A stretch of DNA of 61,718 nt, the filler included, from Bacteriovoracaceae bacterium (GTDB lineage Bacteria > Bdellovibrionota > Bacteriovoracia > Bacteriovoracales > Bacteriovoracaceae), in NCBI GenBank assembly GCA_018649885.1. It is 4 parts of 4 records of this genome, joined end to end, with 100 filler letters (N's around TTAATTAATTAA, not from the genome) between each part and the next. Parts side by side here need not be neighbours in the genome. Positions count along the whole stretch, not along the records: positions 26,939 to 41,319 come from JABIHA010000070.1; 3 more parts are not named here. One strand, given 5' to 3'. The position numbers and the translations under genes are program-made. The notes beneath the pieces are model-generated. The model was not told where the DNA came from. It saw only the letters and a list, made by a program, of their open reading frames with translations, and did not search any database. Below are positions 28,469-37,921 of this stretch, piece after piece; the stretch's first letter is position 1; the number at the start of each line of letters is the position of its first letter.

Positions 28469-30025
28469 ATGAAGAAATGGATTAAATTATTCCTGATACT
28501 GTTCTTTATATTATTTAATTTATTTTTTTCAGGTAAGTTATTTGCCCTACAACCTGCCGGAGAAGTTGCTTATGATTTGGGTCATTTGATGACTAAATAC
28601 CTAGGGATTGATATTGCCGTGGAAAATTGCATTAAAAAATACCCACAATTAAAAGTTGATCTTAATGAGGCATCCAATTTCTGGAAAAATAAAAACAAGG
28701 AAAACATAAAAAGACTGAATAAGGTTTTTACTGCCTTCATATATAAAAACTCTAAAGATGAGGTAGGCTTTGAGCAAAATTTATCTAAATTAAAACAAAA
28801 AATGAAAGATGCAAACGTCCGAACGTTGCAGAATATGGGTGCTACTAAACTCGAGCTAACCTGCAGGGTCTTTCCTATCTATATAAAGTCGAAGAAGGGG
28901 GATTTTTTCCAAACTGAGAAAGACCGATTAGACAATATATTTAGTAAGGATTTAAATGTTTTCACCCCTGAACCAAAAATTGCCAGAAAAGAAGATCGTT
29001 TTTCTTCTGAAAACCCCACGACCCAACAGGCTCCAAACTCTTCAAAGAGACCTGAGTCTAAAGATTATTTAAAAAAGCTCGCTGATGCTAAGGAATATGG
29101 AAAGTACAATAATTCTGTCATTTTATTTATTAACAGATTTGCTACCTTAGCAAATGAGATTAGCGAAATCCAAGATTTATGCGGTGGGATTTTAAGCGAA
29201 GAAGTTTCGACTGATTATGCAAATAAAAGAGTAAAGATTATTGGTAATCAGGCTGAACTGAAACTGCAGGAGCTTAAAAATTCGCTGAAAGATATTTACA
29301 AGCCTGTCCTTACTTCATCGCTTAAGGATTCTGTGGCATTACTTAATATTTATATTTCCACCTTACCCAAAGATGCGAGAGATATTATAGATAATTATTA
29401 TGGGTTATTCAGGGCAGTAAGAGAGGGAAATGAAAACGACTTTTTCAAATTTACTAATAAGATTCAATTAAATGGGATTAAATTACTAGAGAATCAAAAT
29501 GCAATAATTTCTCTCGAAAAGAGCAAAATAGATGAGGAAGCACCCATATTTTACCTTTACGATACTATCCAAAACTTAAACAGATCATACATAGCTTTAG
29601 TTCAAGCAAGAATTTCGGAAGCTAACAACCCGGCCGAATCCCAACTTGACTTTCTCGAGGGAGATGTCGCTTTAAATATTCAACAGGCTGAAAAGTATAT
29701 AGAGGATTCTAAAGATAGCGTGGCAAAAGGATATTTTAAATTGGAGCATTGGATAAATAAGTTGACGAATTTAGGTTCAGAGAGGGAGTATTTACCTTTG
29801 GTGCGGGAGGTTGAGACTATATTCAAAGAAGCTCTTTCAGGTGAGGAAAAGTTGATAGAAGGACTTACTATTATTTTAGCGGATTTTCCAAAAGATGACT
29901 ACCTTGATGATTTTTCAGCATTGTGGGATCAAATTGCCTACCAAAGGCAATCATATTTTAAGAAAATATGGCCTCTAATTTCCAAGTTTAATGCCAAGTT
30001 TAATACTATGAACCGTGGCGATTAA
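28469..30025 (+). CDS. Secreted helical hypothetical protein
   Basis: Signal peptide ending LFA; 518 aa. Confidence 0.75.
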   Translation: MKKWIKLFLILFFILFNLFFSGKLFALQPAGEVAYDLGHLMTKYLGIDIAVENCIKKYPQLKVDLNEASNFWKNKNKENIKRLNKVFTAFIYKNSKDEVGFEQNLSKLKQKMKDANVRTLQNMGATKLELTCRVFPIYIKSKKGDFFQTEKDRLDNIFSKDLNVFTPEPKIARKEDRFSSENPTTQQAPNSSKRPESKDYLKKLADAKEYGKYNNSVILFINRFATLANEISEIQDLCGGILSEEVSTDYANKRVKIIGNQAELKLQELKNSLKDIYKPVLTSSLKDSVALLNIYISTLPKDARDIIDNYYGLFRAVREGNENDFFKFTNKIQLNGIKLLENQNAIISLEKSKIDEEAPIFYLYDTIQNLNRSYIALVQARISEANNPAESQLDFLEGDVALNIQQAEKYIEDSKDSVAKGYFKLEHWINKLTNLGSEREYLPLVREVETIFKEALSGEEKLIEGLTIILADFPKDDYLDDFSALWDQIAYQRQSYFKKIWPLISKFNAKFNTMNRGD

Positions 30026-30551
30026 GAAAGAACTAAAGCTCAAAAGTTGGCAAGGGCGTGAATGGAGAAGCATAAATGAGCGTAAATTGTTTAACTTTCC
30101 CCCTATTTTTTATGGTGACGAAATGACCTCTTCAGGATGTCCATATTGCGGAACGGCAATCGACACCATTGCTACGGCATGCCCTTATTGCAAAAAAGAG
30201 TTGCCTGAAGCTGTTATAGATTTTATTAAAAACGAAAAGGATAACGCAAAAAGTAAAATTGCGACCAAAGCAGGGTCGCAGGTATTTTTAGAATATTTTT
30301 TGGGCGTTTTTTTTATTATTTTATCAGCAATAATATTCTCAATTATCAATCCTGGTTCATTAGCCCGTCAAGCGGGTGGCCTGATGGGCCAATCTGTAGT
30401 TGTATTACTTTACACGGTGGTATATGTGAAATGGGGGTTTGGGAAAAGCCTTCCAAGCATTAAATTTTTTCCAAGAGATAATGGCTTTTTAGTTTTTTCT
30501 GAAATTTTATTAATTCATGAATTAATATTTTTGTATAGAGCCATGACATGA
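30015..30551 (+). CDS. Zinc-ribbon membrane protein
   Basis: CPYCG..CPYC then three hydrophobic segments; true start may be ATG 30123. Confidence 0.7.
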   Translation: MAIKKELKLKSWQGREWRSINERKLFNFPPIFYGDEMTSSGCPYCGTAIDTIATACPYCKKELPEAVIDFIKNEKDNAKSKIATKAGSQVFLEYFLGVFFIILSAIIFSIINPGSLARQAGGLMGQSVVVLLYTVVYVKWGFGKSLPSIKFFPRDNGFLVFSEILLIHELIFLYRAMT

Positions 30552-30673
30552 GTATCTGGAAAATTAACTTAGAGAAACAAACAGCAACCTCCATCAACGG
30601 CATCACCTTCAAGCTGACTGAAACAAATGGGGAGTATGAAGAATATTTCTTAACCCATAGAGAGTTGCTATGA
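30548..30673 (+). repeat. Truncated copy 2 of the 72-aa ORF at 31071
   Basis: MSIWKINLEKQTATSINGITFKLTETNGEYEEYFLTHRELL*; ATGA overlaps on both sides. Confidence 0.88.
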
Positions 30674-31037
30674 AAGAAATTCCATTTAAAGACTCCGCTT
30701 CTGCACTTGAATATATTGAAAAATTTTTTAAGGTCGGGATTCTCGAAGAAGAAATGTCATTTTACGGGAGAATTTTAAGTGAGGATACGACAGAATCTCC
30801 AATGGTATATATCGTTGAAATTATTATTAAGAAGAAAAACTATTTTCAACTAGTCATGAAAAAATAATGGTTGTAGGTGTTAAGCACGAAGAACTTTACC
30901 AAGATTTAAGGGAAGGAGATTTAATTATTTGGGGCTGTATGAATAAAGAAATGAAAATTCCGTCAGGTGTCATACTACATAAACTTGAGAATACTTTAGA
31001 TATACAAACTGGGGAATTCAAGATTATAGGCGCTTAA
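30670..31037 (+). pseudogene. Frameshifted hypothetical gene
   Basis: ORF stops at 30867 but a second frame continues LFSTSHEKIMVVGVKH..EGDLIIWG..TGEFKIIGA*; shift falls near A-rich run 30829-30839. Confidence 0.6.
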
Positions 31038-31070
31038 GGTGAATGAAGAATAATTAAGGCATGATGGGTT

Positions 31071-31289
31071 ATGGGTTCTTACAAAATTAACCTCAAAGAA
31101 GAAACGGCCACTTCTATCAACGGGATCATCTTCAAGCTGACTGAAACGAAACCGGGAGAGTATGAAGGCGTGTGCCTCAATCCAAAAAATATTCCGCCCG
31201 ATGATATGTGTGATGAGATATTAGGCAGGATGATTAAAGAGGCGGGGATGTTTTATGAGTTGGCGAAGAAGCGGGAGGAGAAATTATGA
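31071..31289 (+). CDS. 72-aa hypothetical protein, full-length member of the repeated ORF family
   Basis: MGSYKINLKEETATSINGIIFKLTETKPGEYEGVCLNP...; ATGA overlap with next gene. Confidence 0.8.
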   Translation: MGSYKINLKEETATSINGIIFKLTETKPGEYEGVCLNPKNIPPDDMCDEILGRMIKEAGMFYELAKKREEKL

Positions 31290-32173
31290 ATGGCCTCATT
31301 GATTGCAATGCTTGTCATACTGAAATTGCAAATTCAGCTGATAACTGCCCAAAATGTGGCGCAAAAAACGATTATCGCCATCCTGAGATTATCCGATTTT
31401 TAGAAAACGTAGAGAATATTAAGTTACCAGAAGAATGTGAATATGCGGTCACTGATCGAACATCCCTAGCCGTTCAACATATTTCCAAAAGTATCATGAA
31501 ACCACATTATCATTTTATCAAAGCATTCTTTCTTATTTTTGTATCTGCAGGCTTATCTTCTTTTTTTCTTGAATCTATGATTCTGTGGACATTTATGTAT
31601 TATATATTACCCACCTTCTTTTTAATTTATTCGATCATGGGTTTTGTTCAATATTGGTTTAAAATTAACGAACAAACGATGATTAACCTTGGTGCTGAAT
31701 TCTATTGTGGACATATTCAATCAGGGAATAGCCCGTCGTATGGAAATAAAATTATTTATTTTGATTTTTCAGAGAATCCAGTAAAAATTGAATCTAATGA
31801 TAATGAGTTTTGGTCAGAATTACTTAAGTTTTTTAATCATGAAGATGCAATGGGGGAAATATCTCAGCCAACATTATATAGAAGACATGAACGAAAACTC
31901 ATGAAAGTTGTGTTTTTGGCTTTGATCTTTGTTCCTGGCTTTCTTGTGGGGCTAGGTTACATTTCGCCCAACTGGGTGTTTGGTTCCATTTTCTTCGCTT
32001 ACTATTGGTCTATCTATGTATTTGGCGATCAGACCGGTGTATCTGATTTTCGTGAGCAAAGCACTGATGAGTTTATAAAGAGTGATTCGAGCATCACCCT
32101 CAAACTAATGTACTACATTGTAGGCATCGCTGTCGTGTACGGATTGGGTCATCTTATCTCATCATTGCTCTAG
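31286..32173 (+). CDS. Zinc-ribbon multi-pass membrane protein
   Basis: CNAC..CPKCG N-terminus; about five TM segments. Confidence 0.75.
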   Translation: MNGLIDCNACHTEIANSADNCPKCGAKNDYRHPEIIRFLENVENIKLPEECEYAVTDRTSLAVQHISKSIMKPHYHFIKAFFLIFVSAGLSSFFLESMILWTFMYYILPTFFLIYSIMGFVQYWFKINEQTMINLGAEFYCGHIQSGNSPSYGNKIIYFDFSENPVKIESNDNEFWSELLKFFNHEDAMGEISQPTLYRRHERKLMKVVFLALIFVPGFLVGLGYISPNWVFGSIFFAYYWSIYVFGDQTGVSDFREQSTDEFIKSDSSITLKLMYYIVGIAVVYGLGHLISSLL

Positions 32174-32393
32174 TCATTTTCTTTCTTTGAACTAATTTTT
32201 CTGTCCGATCCAAACAACTTCCCCGACTATTTTTATTGCATCTTTTTTTTGGGTTATGATCCTCAAAAAGTTTTTCTGTAAGTTGTTTATTCATTTAAAT
32301 TCGATTATTCTCCAATTCCATCCAGGAGTCACATTGAGAAGCTCAAACCTCCTCCCGCTCAATATGTAGAAGAGCAGTCCAGGCGTCAATTCT

Positions 32394-32798
32394 TTATTTG
32401 GTATTGTACTTGCCCTCCAAGCACTTCTTACACAGCGTTTGAGTAAAACCAGCAATAGCTTGCTTTTTTCCTGACGCACCACAGTCTTCGCAAATAGTGA
32501 ATGAACATTTTTCAGCTTCAGCACAAAATAAATCAGTAGTCGTATCACCGCCTTCCAAATAAAATCTCAACCCGCCCATTTTCTGTTTTACCTGTTTGGC
32601 TTTTGGGTTGAGCCCTTTTTCTTTGGAGTGTTTTGTAATTTTGACAGACAACTCGTGAATCAAGGAAAACCAACCATCACCACATGAAAAACCAAAGGAC
32701 ATTAGGTTTTCTGTAATAGGTTCCGAACGGCCACGATACAATTCAGGAAATTCTGCAAAAAGTTTTTCTGTTAATTTATTATTCACTTCTCTTCCCAC
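32394..32798 (-). CDS. Phage-type conserved hypothetical protein with C-terminal zinc finger
   Basis: FSCGDGW, QVKQKMGGLRFY, CEDCG..TLCKKC. Confidence 0.7.
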   Translation of the reverse strand: MGREVNNKLTEKLFAEFPELYRGRSEPITENLMSFGFSCGDGWFSLIHELSVKITKHSKEKGLNPKAKQVKQKMGGLRFYLEGGDTTTDLFCAEAEKCSFTICEDCGASGKKQAIAGFTQTLCKKCLEGKYNTK

Positions 32799-33223
32799 TC
32801 CTCAGCATCAACCGGCCTCCACACCCTACCCTGCTCAACATGCAAAATAGCATTCCAACCATCAATTTCTTTATGGATGGTCATTTGATCTAGGCATGTA
32901 ACCAAATTGCCCAACTCTGATTTGACTTCCTGATAGAGGAATCCGAAGAAGTCTTCTTTAAAGCCCTGGCAGATTAGAAATATCGATTGCGTCAATTCGT
33001 TATTAAAATTAAGGGAAGGACTGAATATGATCCATATCGTACCTTTCCCCTTATACTTGGATTTCCTCAACCATTCTTTAGTCGGCTGGCTAATAAATCG
33101 TAACCAGTCATGCCTATGTTCTTCTGGCAACTTGTTGATATTAAGTTCGAGAATAGGAACTGAAGTTCTATCGTTAAACACTAAATTAGGGTTATGTAGA
33201 GTTTTCATATTTCTTTTAGGCAT
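32783..33223 (-). CDS. Hypothetical protein
   Basis: 146 aa, AAGGGG RBS. Confidence 0.65.
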   Translation of the reverse strand: MPKRNMKTLHNPNLVFNDRTSVPILELNINKLPEEHRHDWLRFISQPTKEWLRKSKYKGKGTIWIIFSPSLNFNNELTQSIFLICQGFKEDFFGFLYQEVKSELGNLVTCLDQMTIHKEIDGWNAILHVEQGRVWRPVDAEEWEEK

Positions 33224-33411
33224 AGTTCGTCCCCTTTAAAAATAGATAAGCCCTCACACAGGCAAACGACAGCGATATCGCTGAACGTGCCTAAGGAGGG
33301 CGAATGTTTATGGATATTTATTGGTAGAGCGAGTAGAAGCAGGTTTGAATAGACTCAGGAATATTTCAGCATGGTTGTTTCACTGCTAGTGAAATTTTCC
33401 TTCTACTCCTT

Positions 33412-34908
33412 CTACTTTGATTTTGGCTGGTACTCTTTGCTGATTTTAACTTTCCAACGAATCTTACCCTGACTCTTGATCGAATCCAGATTCAAAGCTT
33501 TAAGCTCTTTACCAAACACAGATGCGTTACCGATCTTGTGCTTTGTAACTTTTCCATAGAGCTTATAAGCCTCAAACAGGTCTGTGGTAGTTACCCTTCC
33601 CTTTGAGTCATTAGTTAGAACATCTTTAGCGAACTTCTTTACCGGCTTGGAATCTAAAATAAACTCCTCTACCAATTCTCGACTTGAATTGGGAATTATG
33701 AAGCGACCTCGCTTATTTAATCTTTGTAACCCTGCTACGGCCCAGACCAGTATTCCTGAAAGTTCTTTGCCCAGTTTTGATTCGAGGTTCTTATCCTGTT
33801 CTTTCTCAGTGAAGATGCGGTTGAACTGGATAAACACGGCTCTCTCCATAAAACCATTTGAAGAATCATGGGTTTTAGGTAACTTATCGGCTTCTGGGTT
33901 TAAACACGCTATCAAACGACAGTAGGGACGGAAGGTTATAGATGACTTGCCCTTCTCGTCAGCTTCTATCAAATCCGATCCAACTATTGCCTTCAATAAG
34001 CTTGTAGGTATCTTTTCTCCTGGCTCGATCTCACTGGAAATATTTACCAGTTTATTTAAAAGCCCTGCTCTGATGTGTGAGTTGTTTAACCGGTGCAACT
34101 GCATGGCTGTGCAGTTCTCTGGACCACAAAGTTTCTCTATTATTTTGAGGATCAGACTTTTCCCATTCCTCCCATTCCCAACCATCCAGAAGAATTTATG
34201 CTGACTAGTGTCTGCTGTAAGGAGATATCCCGTTAACTCCTGAATCAAATCAATTTTGTTTTTCTTCTCAGAATCGGCATGGAATATCTGATTTAGAGTC
34301 CGCTTCCAGACGGGACATTTAGCATTAGCTTTCCAGTTAATGGGAAGTTTATTGAGAAGCATATGATCTGCGGAATGCTTCAGCAACTTTCCTGTTCGTG
34401 GATTTAGAGTTCCATTCTCAAGACAGATCAAGTTGTAGTTTTGGGTAAGACTCCCCTTGTCCTTTAAGTGCTTTATGGTTTTAATCACCGCACCGTATCT
34501 GCTAGGGTTAGCGTAAATACCATCTATCTTATAGACCTGATTAATGATCTCTGAGTCAGGTATCTTCTTCCAGTATCCATCCTGATATACACGAAGCCAT
34601 TCATCAGAGAACATGATCCGGTCTTCATGCAGGTCAAAGGTGTACTGGACAAGTTCTGGGATAGTGAGCCTTTTCCCATTTTTCAACTTCTCCGCAAACG
34701 AGAACCAGCCCGGTAACTTCTTAACAATAACTGGCCCGCTTCCGTTGCAATGTTTTCTCAGCATTTCCCTGATTAACTTCTCGTCCTGCTTTCGGTCTGT
34801 GATGTCCCAGTTCGGGTTCCTGGTTATTTCTAGAATAAATTCATAGACTGCTCTGCCGGGACTGCCTTGAATTTTTTTTGCCAGTTTCTTTTTATCAGTA
34901 GCGTTCAT
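33412..34908 (-). CDS. D5/P4-type SF3 helicase (primase-helicase family, no recognisable primase domain)
   Basis: LICLENGTLN D5_N segment, GNGRNGKS Walker A, ISSE Walker B, A.EKGK motif; GGAG RBS. Confidence 0.85.
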   Translation of the reverse strand: MNATDKKKLAKKIQGSPGRAVYEFILEITRNPNWDITDRKQDEKLIREMLRKHCNGSGPVIVKKLPGWFSFAEKLKNGKRLTIPELVQYTFDLHEDRIMFSDEWLRVYQDGYWKKIPDSEIINQVYKIDGIYANPSRYGAVIKTIKHLKDKGSLTQNYNLICLENGTLNPRTGKLLKHSADHMLLNKLPINWKANAKCPVWKRTLNQIFHADSEKKNKIDLIQELTGYLLTADTSQHKFFWMVGNGRNGKSLILKIIEKLCGPENCTAMQLHRLNNSHIRAGLLNKLVNISSEIEPGEKIPTSLLKAIVGSDLIEADEKGKSSITFRPYCRLIACLNPEADKLPKTHDSSNGFMERAVFIQFNRIFTEKEQDKNLESKLGKELSGILVWAVAGLQRLNKRGRFIIPNSSRELVEEFILDSKPVKKFAKDVLTNDSKGRVTTTDLFEAYKLYGKVTKHKIGNASVFGKELKALNLDSIKSQGKIRWKVKISKEYQPKSK

Positions 34909-34937
34909 ACGTGTCTCCTAATTTAGGCGTGTACAGT

Positions 34938-35297
34938 TCACTCTTCATCATCTTCTTCATCGTCCTCATCCATATCTTCATCCTTCGCTTCAATGTGCTT
35001 TTTGAATAAAGACCCAGAAAAATATTCATGGTCGATGGTTTCTTGCACAGAAGTAATTGATTCTTCCAACTCATCAAATGGCATACAGGACATCCATTCA
35101 CTCAAGTCGGCAACACTCTCTATAAGTTTTTTCAGACGGCTATCCCTGTCAGGATTGTTGACAAGGTTCTGTGCGTCAGTTACCGCACTTCTATTCCCAT
35201 CGATGTAGAACATTGCCACCTTCAAGTCATTCAATCTGACCCAGATGCTTTCCAATTCACTCTTTAATGCTCTCTTGCTTTCCAGTTGAACAATCAT
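34938..35297 (-). CDS. Hypothetical protein with acidic tail
   Basis: AAGGGG RBS before MIVQLESK; D/E-rich C-terminus. Confidence 0.65.
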   Translation of the reverse strand: MIVQLESKRALKSELESIWVRLNDLKVAMFYIDGNRSAVTDAQNLVNNPDRDSRLKKLIESVADLSEWMSCMPFDELEESITSVQETIDHEYFSGSLFKKHIEAKDEDMDEDDEEDDEE

Positions 35298-35472
35298 TGG
35301 TTTCCCCTTTCTAAATTTAGATTGGTCGTAGGAACAGAAAAGGCGCAAACCGCAGGTTGGATTGCGGACTCACGCCGGGGTTATTTCTATTGGAATTTAA
35401 CTTGGGATTTATTGAACTCGCTACAAATGGTAGCGTAGCCATTGAAGACCTGACTGGCCTATTTAGACTTAT

Positions 35473-35500
35473 ATTTTAACATTCCGAGCCGGACTGTCAA
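35473..35500 (-). promoter_or_regulatory. Sigma70-type promoter for replication module
   Basis: TTGACA-16 nt-TAAAAT with TGn extension on minus strand. Confidence 0.55.
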
Positions 35501-35569
35501 GGGGTATCCCTGCCTGATTAGGTCAAGCTAGGCAAGGCTTTGAGACCCAAGTTTACCGTTGTAAACTGT

Positions 35570-36004
35570 TTACCGCTGTAAACTTTCCTTCTTAAAAATA
35601 GTACCTTTTATTGTGCCGTTTTTCCAAGCGATTGCCCCCGCCTTAAGAAAACCATTTTTAAGATAAAATTTTATCGCCCGGTGATTGTCGCTTCTAACTG
35701 TCAACCAGATAGGATAGCTGATCGTTTTGCAAAAAATTTTCAAAACTCGGCCTGCTTCCCCGTTACCTTGATTAACGTTAGCGATTTGATGAAGCATTAT
35801 ATGGCTCCGGGGTATTTTAACTGAGCCTAAATTAACAGTCCGCTTATATTCGGTGAATATAATTACAACTTCACGGTCAAAAATAACCTCTTGGTCAATT
35901 ATCTTCCGTTTTAGATAATCATACCGGATGTGCGGAAAGACGGATTTATATTTACTGAAAATACTGCAAATATTATCCAAGTCATTGATGGATGCATATT
36001 TCAT
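35570..36004 (-). CDS. GNAT-family acyltransferase
   Basis: QGNGEA acyl-CoA loop, WLTVRSDNHRAIKFYLKNGF; ATGA overlap with methyltransferase. Confidence 0.8.
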   Translation of the reverse strand: MKYASINDLDNICSIFSKYKSVFPHIRYDYLKRKIIDQEVIFDREVVIIFTEYKRTVNLGSVKIPRSHIMLHQIANVNQGNGEAGRVLKIFCKTISYPIWLTVRSDNHRAIKFYLKNGFLKAGAIAWKNGTIKGTIFKKESLQR

Positions 36005-37071
36005 TTTCTCCTCCTCTTAAAGCAGAGAATCGGTTCAGACTTTTCCTGCTTCTGATTAATGCCCGGCATATCACTCAATCTCATCTTAAGTGTCTTCTTT
36101 AAGGTGAAGCCTTTATCTTTTGCTAATTCAATTACCTGGGATATTAAATAATCACCTCCTACATTAAACAAGAACCAACCGTTTGGTTTTAAAACTTGAA
36201 GAACATTATCCATCATCCCGCCTATAAACTTATCCAACCAAACAGGAAATTCTTCGTATTTTAAATACGATTGCGTTGACTCTTCAGAGTATTTTTCAAT
36301 ATCAAAATAAGGTGGACTAGTAAAAGCTAAATCAATCATCTCTGGCGGTATGAAGTCCTCGGCGCACTTCTGATGCAGAGATATTTTCTTTTCATTTAGA
36401 GGAACAGCGGTTTTACCAAAGTCTAGATTAAGTGAAAGAGGAACAAATTTTTCCCTGAAATCCTTTTCAAGTGCTTTCAACCCTTGAAAGGTTGGTGTAC
36501 ACGGCTCAGTACCGTAATACACTCTTCCTTTTTTTGATGCTAGGAAGCCAAGCAACCTACCCCCGTATCCGCAACACATATCCCAAACCACACCTTTTCC
36601 GGCATACTGGTCATAAATTGCTTTTGCGGCGGTAGGTCGAAAATTGGACACAGATTGGGTACCTGAATATATCTTTAACATCGACCTAAGACTGCCAATA
36701 TTAAAATCCTTATTTAGGTTTAATACTTTACGAATTACTTTTGTGAGATACATACTAAAAGCATTTTCAGGAGTATACTTCCCGCCGCACTCAACCTCCC
36801 ATGCATGAGGATGGTAAAACCAACCAAGCTTAGAACCGGTATGGGTCTGTCGGACTTCATTTCCTCGGATAATTTCAGACGACTCTACACAACACAAATC
36901 ATTAAACATTCGTATGCAAGCAGATTCAGTCATTAGATGGTACGGGAAACCCCGCTGTCGAATAATGCTAACAGCAGAGCTTACCCACTCTGTTTGCTCC
37001 TGATCGTTCATTACTTCCCAAGCTTCTTTACATAGATCAGGAAACGACACTCTATTCTGTAACTTTCCCAT
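36001..37071 (-). CDS. Putative amino (N4C/N6A) DNA methyltransferase
   Basis: FRPTAAK, DMCCGYGGRL SAM motif I, FTSPPYF motif IV; start at MGKLQ (ORF track 37092). Confidence 0.8.
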   Translation of the reverse strand: MGKLQNRVSFPDLCKEAWEVMNDQEQTEWVSSAVSIIRQRGFPYHLMTESACIRMFNDLCCVESSEIIRGNEVRQTHTGSKLGWFYHPHAWEVECGGKYTPENAFSMYLTKVIRKVLNLNKDFNIGSLRSMLKIYSGTQSVSNFRPTAAKAIYDQYAGKGVVWDMCCGYGGRLLGFLASKKGRVYYGTEPCTPTFQGLKALEKDFREKFVPLSLNLDFGKTAVPLNEKKISLHQKCAEDFIPPEMIDLAFTSPPYFDIEKYSEESTQSYLKYEEFPVWLDKFIGGMMDNVLQVLKPNGWFLFNVGGDYLISQVIELAKDKGFTLKKTLKMRLSDMPGINQKQEKSEPILCFKRRRK

Positions 37072-37888
37072 CGGCTTCCTCCTTCCCATCAAGTTGAACC
37101 AAGCTGATTCGTTTTGTTAGTGCGGTGCTGATTAAATTTAGTCGGTTGATAATGGCTTCCAGTTCAGATACAGATAAGTTTTTACCGTTGCTCAGTGCAG
37201 TCTCCATTGTGTCTATAACTCCATCCACCTTATCCTTTTCAGACTTTTCCTTTTTTGGGGCGGCATTGACCAGCTTCTTCTGCTTCTGCGCCTTTTTCTT
37301 AAGCGATTCAATCACACCATCATGAGTCGGCTCGATCTCTCCCTTCTCAATTTTTTTCAAGGTCTCCATACCAGTATCTTTGTTTAATTTCGAGAGGTCT
37401 CTGAGCGTGGAGAAGGATAGTTTGGAATGTTTTCCCTTTATCTCCTCTTTGACCGCCTTCGGCATTTTTGCGATCTTCTTATTTTGAGAGACCGTTGACT
37501 TCTTTATCCCCAGGTCTTTAGCTAGGTCTTTTTGCTTGATTTTTCCTTTTCGGAGGGCTTGCCTGATAGCTTCCGCCTTCTCCAGAGGGAGGATACCTTC
37601 CCGCTGAATACTGGCTATTAAGCTTAGTTTCCTTGAGTTGTTTGCCTTAGGTTCGATTAAGGCCGGAATTTCTTTTAACCCAGCTTTTCTTGCGGCTTCT
37701 ACTCTGCGCCACCCTTTGATTACGTAGTAGTGATCTGGTTGACCATTGGGACATACTAGAATCGGTTGAAGTATCCCTGATGATTTAATGGATTCGGTCA
37801 ACTTCGTCACATCTGTCTCAGTCTTTCTCGCACGTATTGGGTGTGCTTGAAGGTTTGCTACCGGTACTGAAATGATTAATTTATTCAT
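37052..37888 (-). CDS. ParB/Spo0J-family protein with HTH
   Basis: LTESIKSSGILQPILV, GWRR (GxRR), HTH QKDLAKDLGIKKSTVS; CAGGAG RBS; no ParA nearby. Confidence 0.85.
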   Translation of the reverse strand: MNKLIISVPVANLQAHPIRARKTETDVTKLTESIKSSGILQPILVCPNGQPDHYYVIKGWRRVEAARKAGLKEIPALIEPKANNSRKLSLIASIQREGILPLEKAEAIRQALRKGKIKQKDLAKDLGIKKSTVSQNKKIAKMPKAVKEEIKGKHSKLSFSTLRDLSKLNKDTGMETLKKIEKGEIEPTHDGVIESLKKKAQKQKKLVNAAPKKEKSEKDKVDGVIDTMETALSNGKNLSVSELEAIINRLNLISTALTKRISLVQLDGKEEADGKVTE

Positions 37889-37921
37889 GATTTTTTCTCC
37901 TGTATTTCAGGTTTTAGGTAT

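Noticed and set aside
27083..31289. Diversity-generating retroelement template/variable repeats
   Set aside because: Differences are not adenine-specific and no reverse transcriptase is present
33250..33301. c-di-GMP-I riboswitch (GGCAAAC start)
   Set aside because: Lacks the GAAA tetraloop, GACGCAAAG junction and second stem
36001..37071. Type II restriction-modification system
   Set aside because: No recognisable endonuclease next to the methyltransferase
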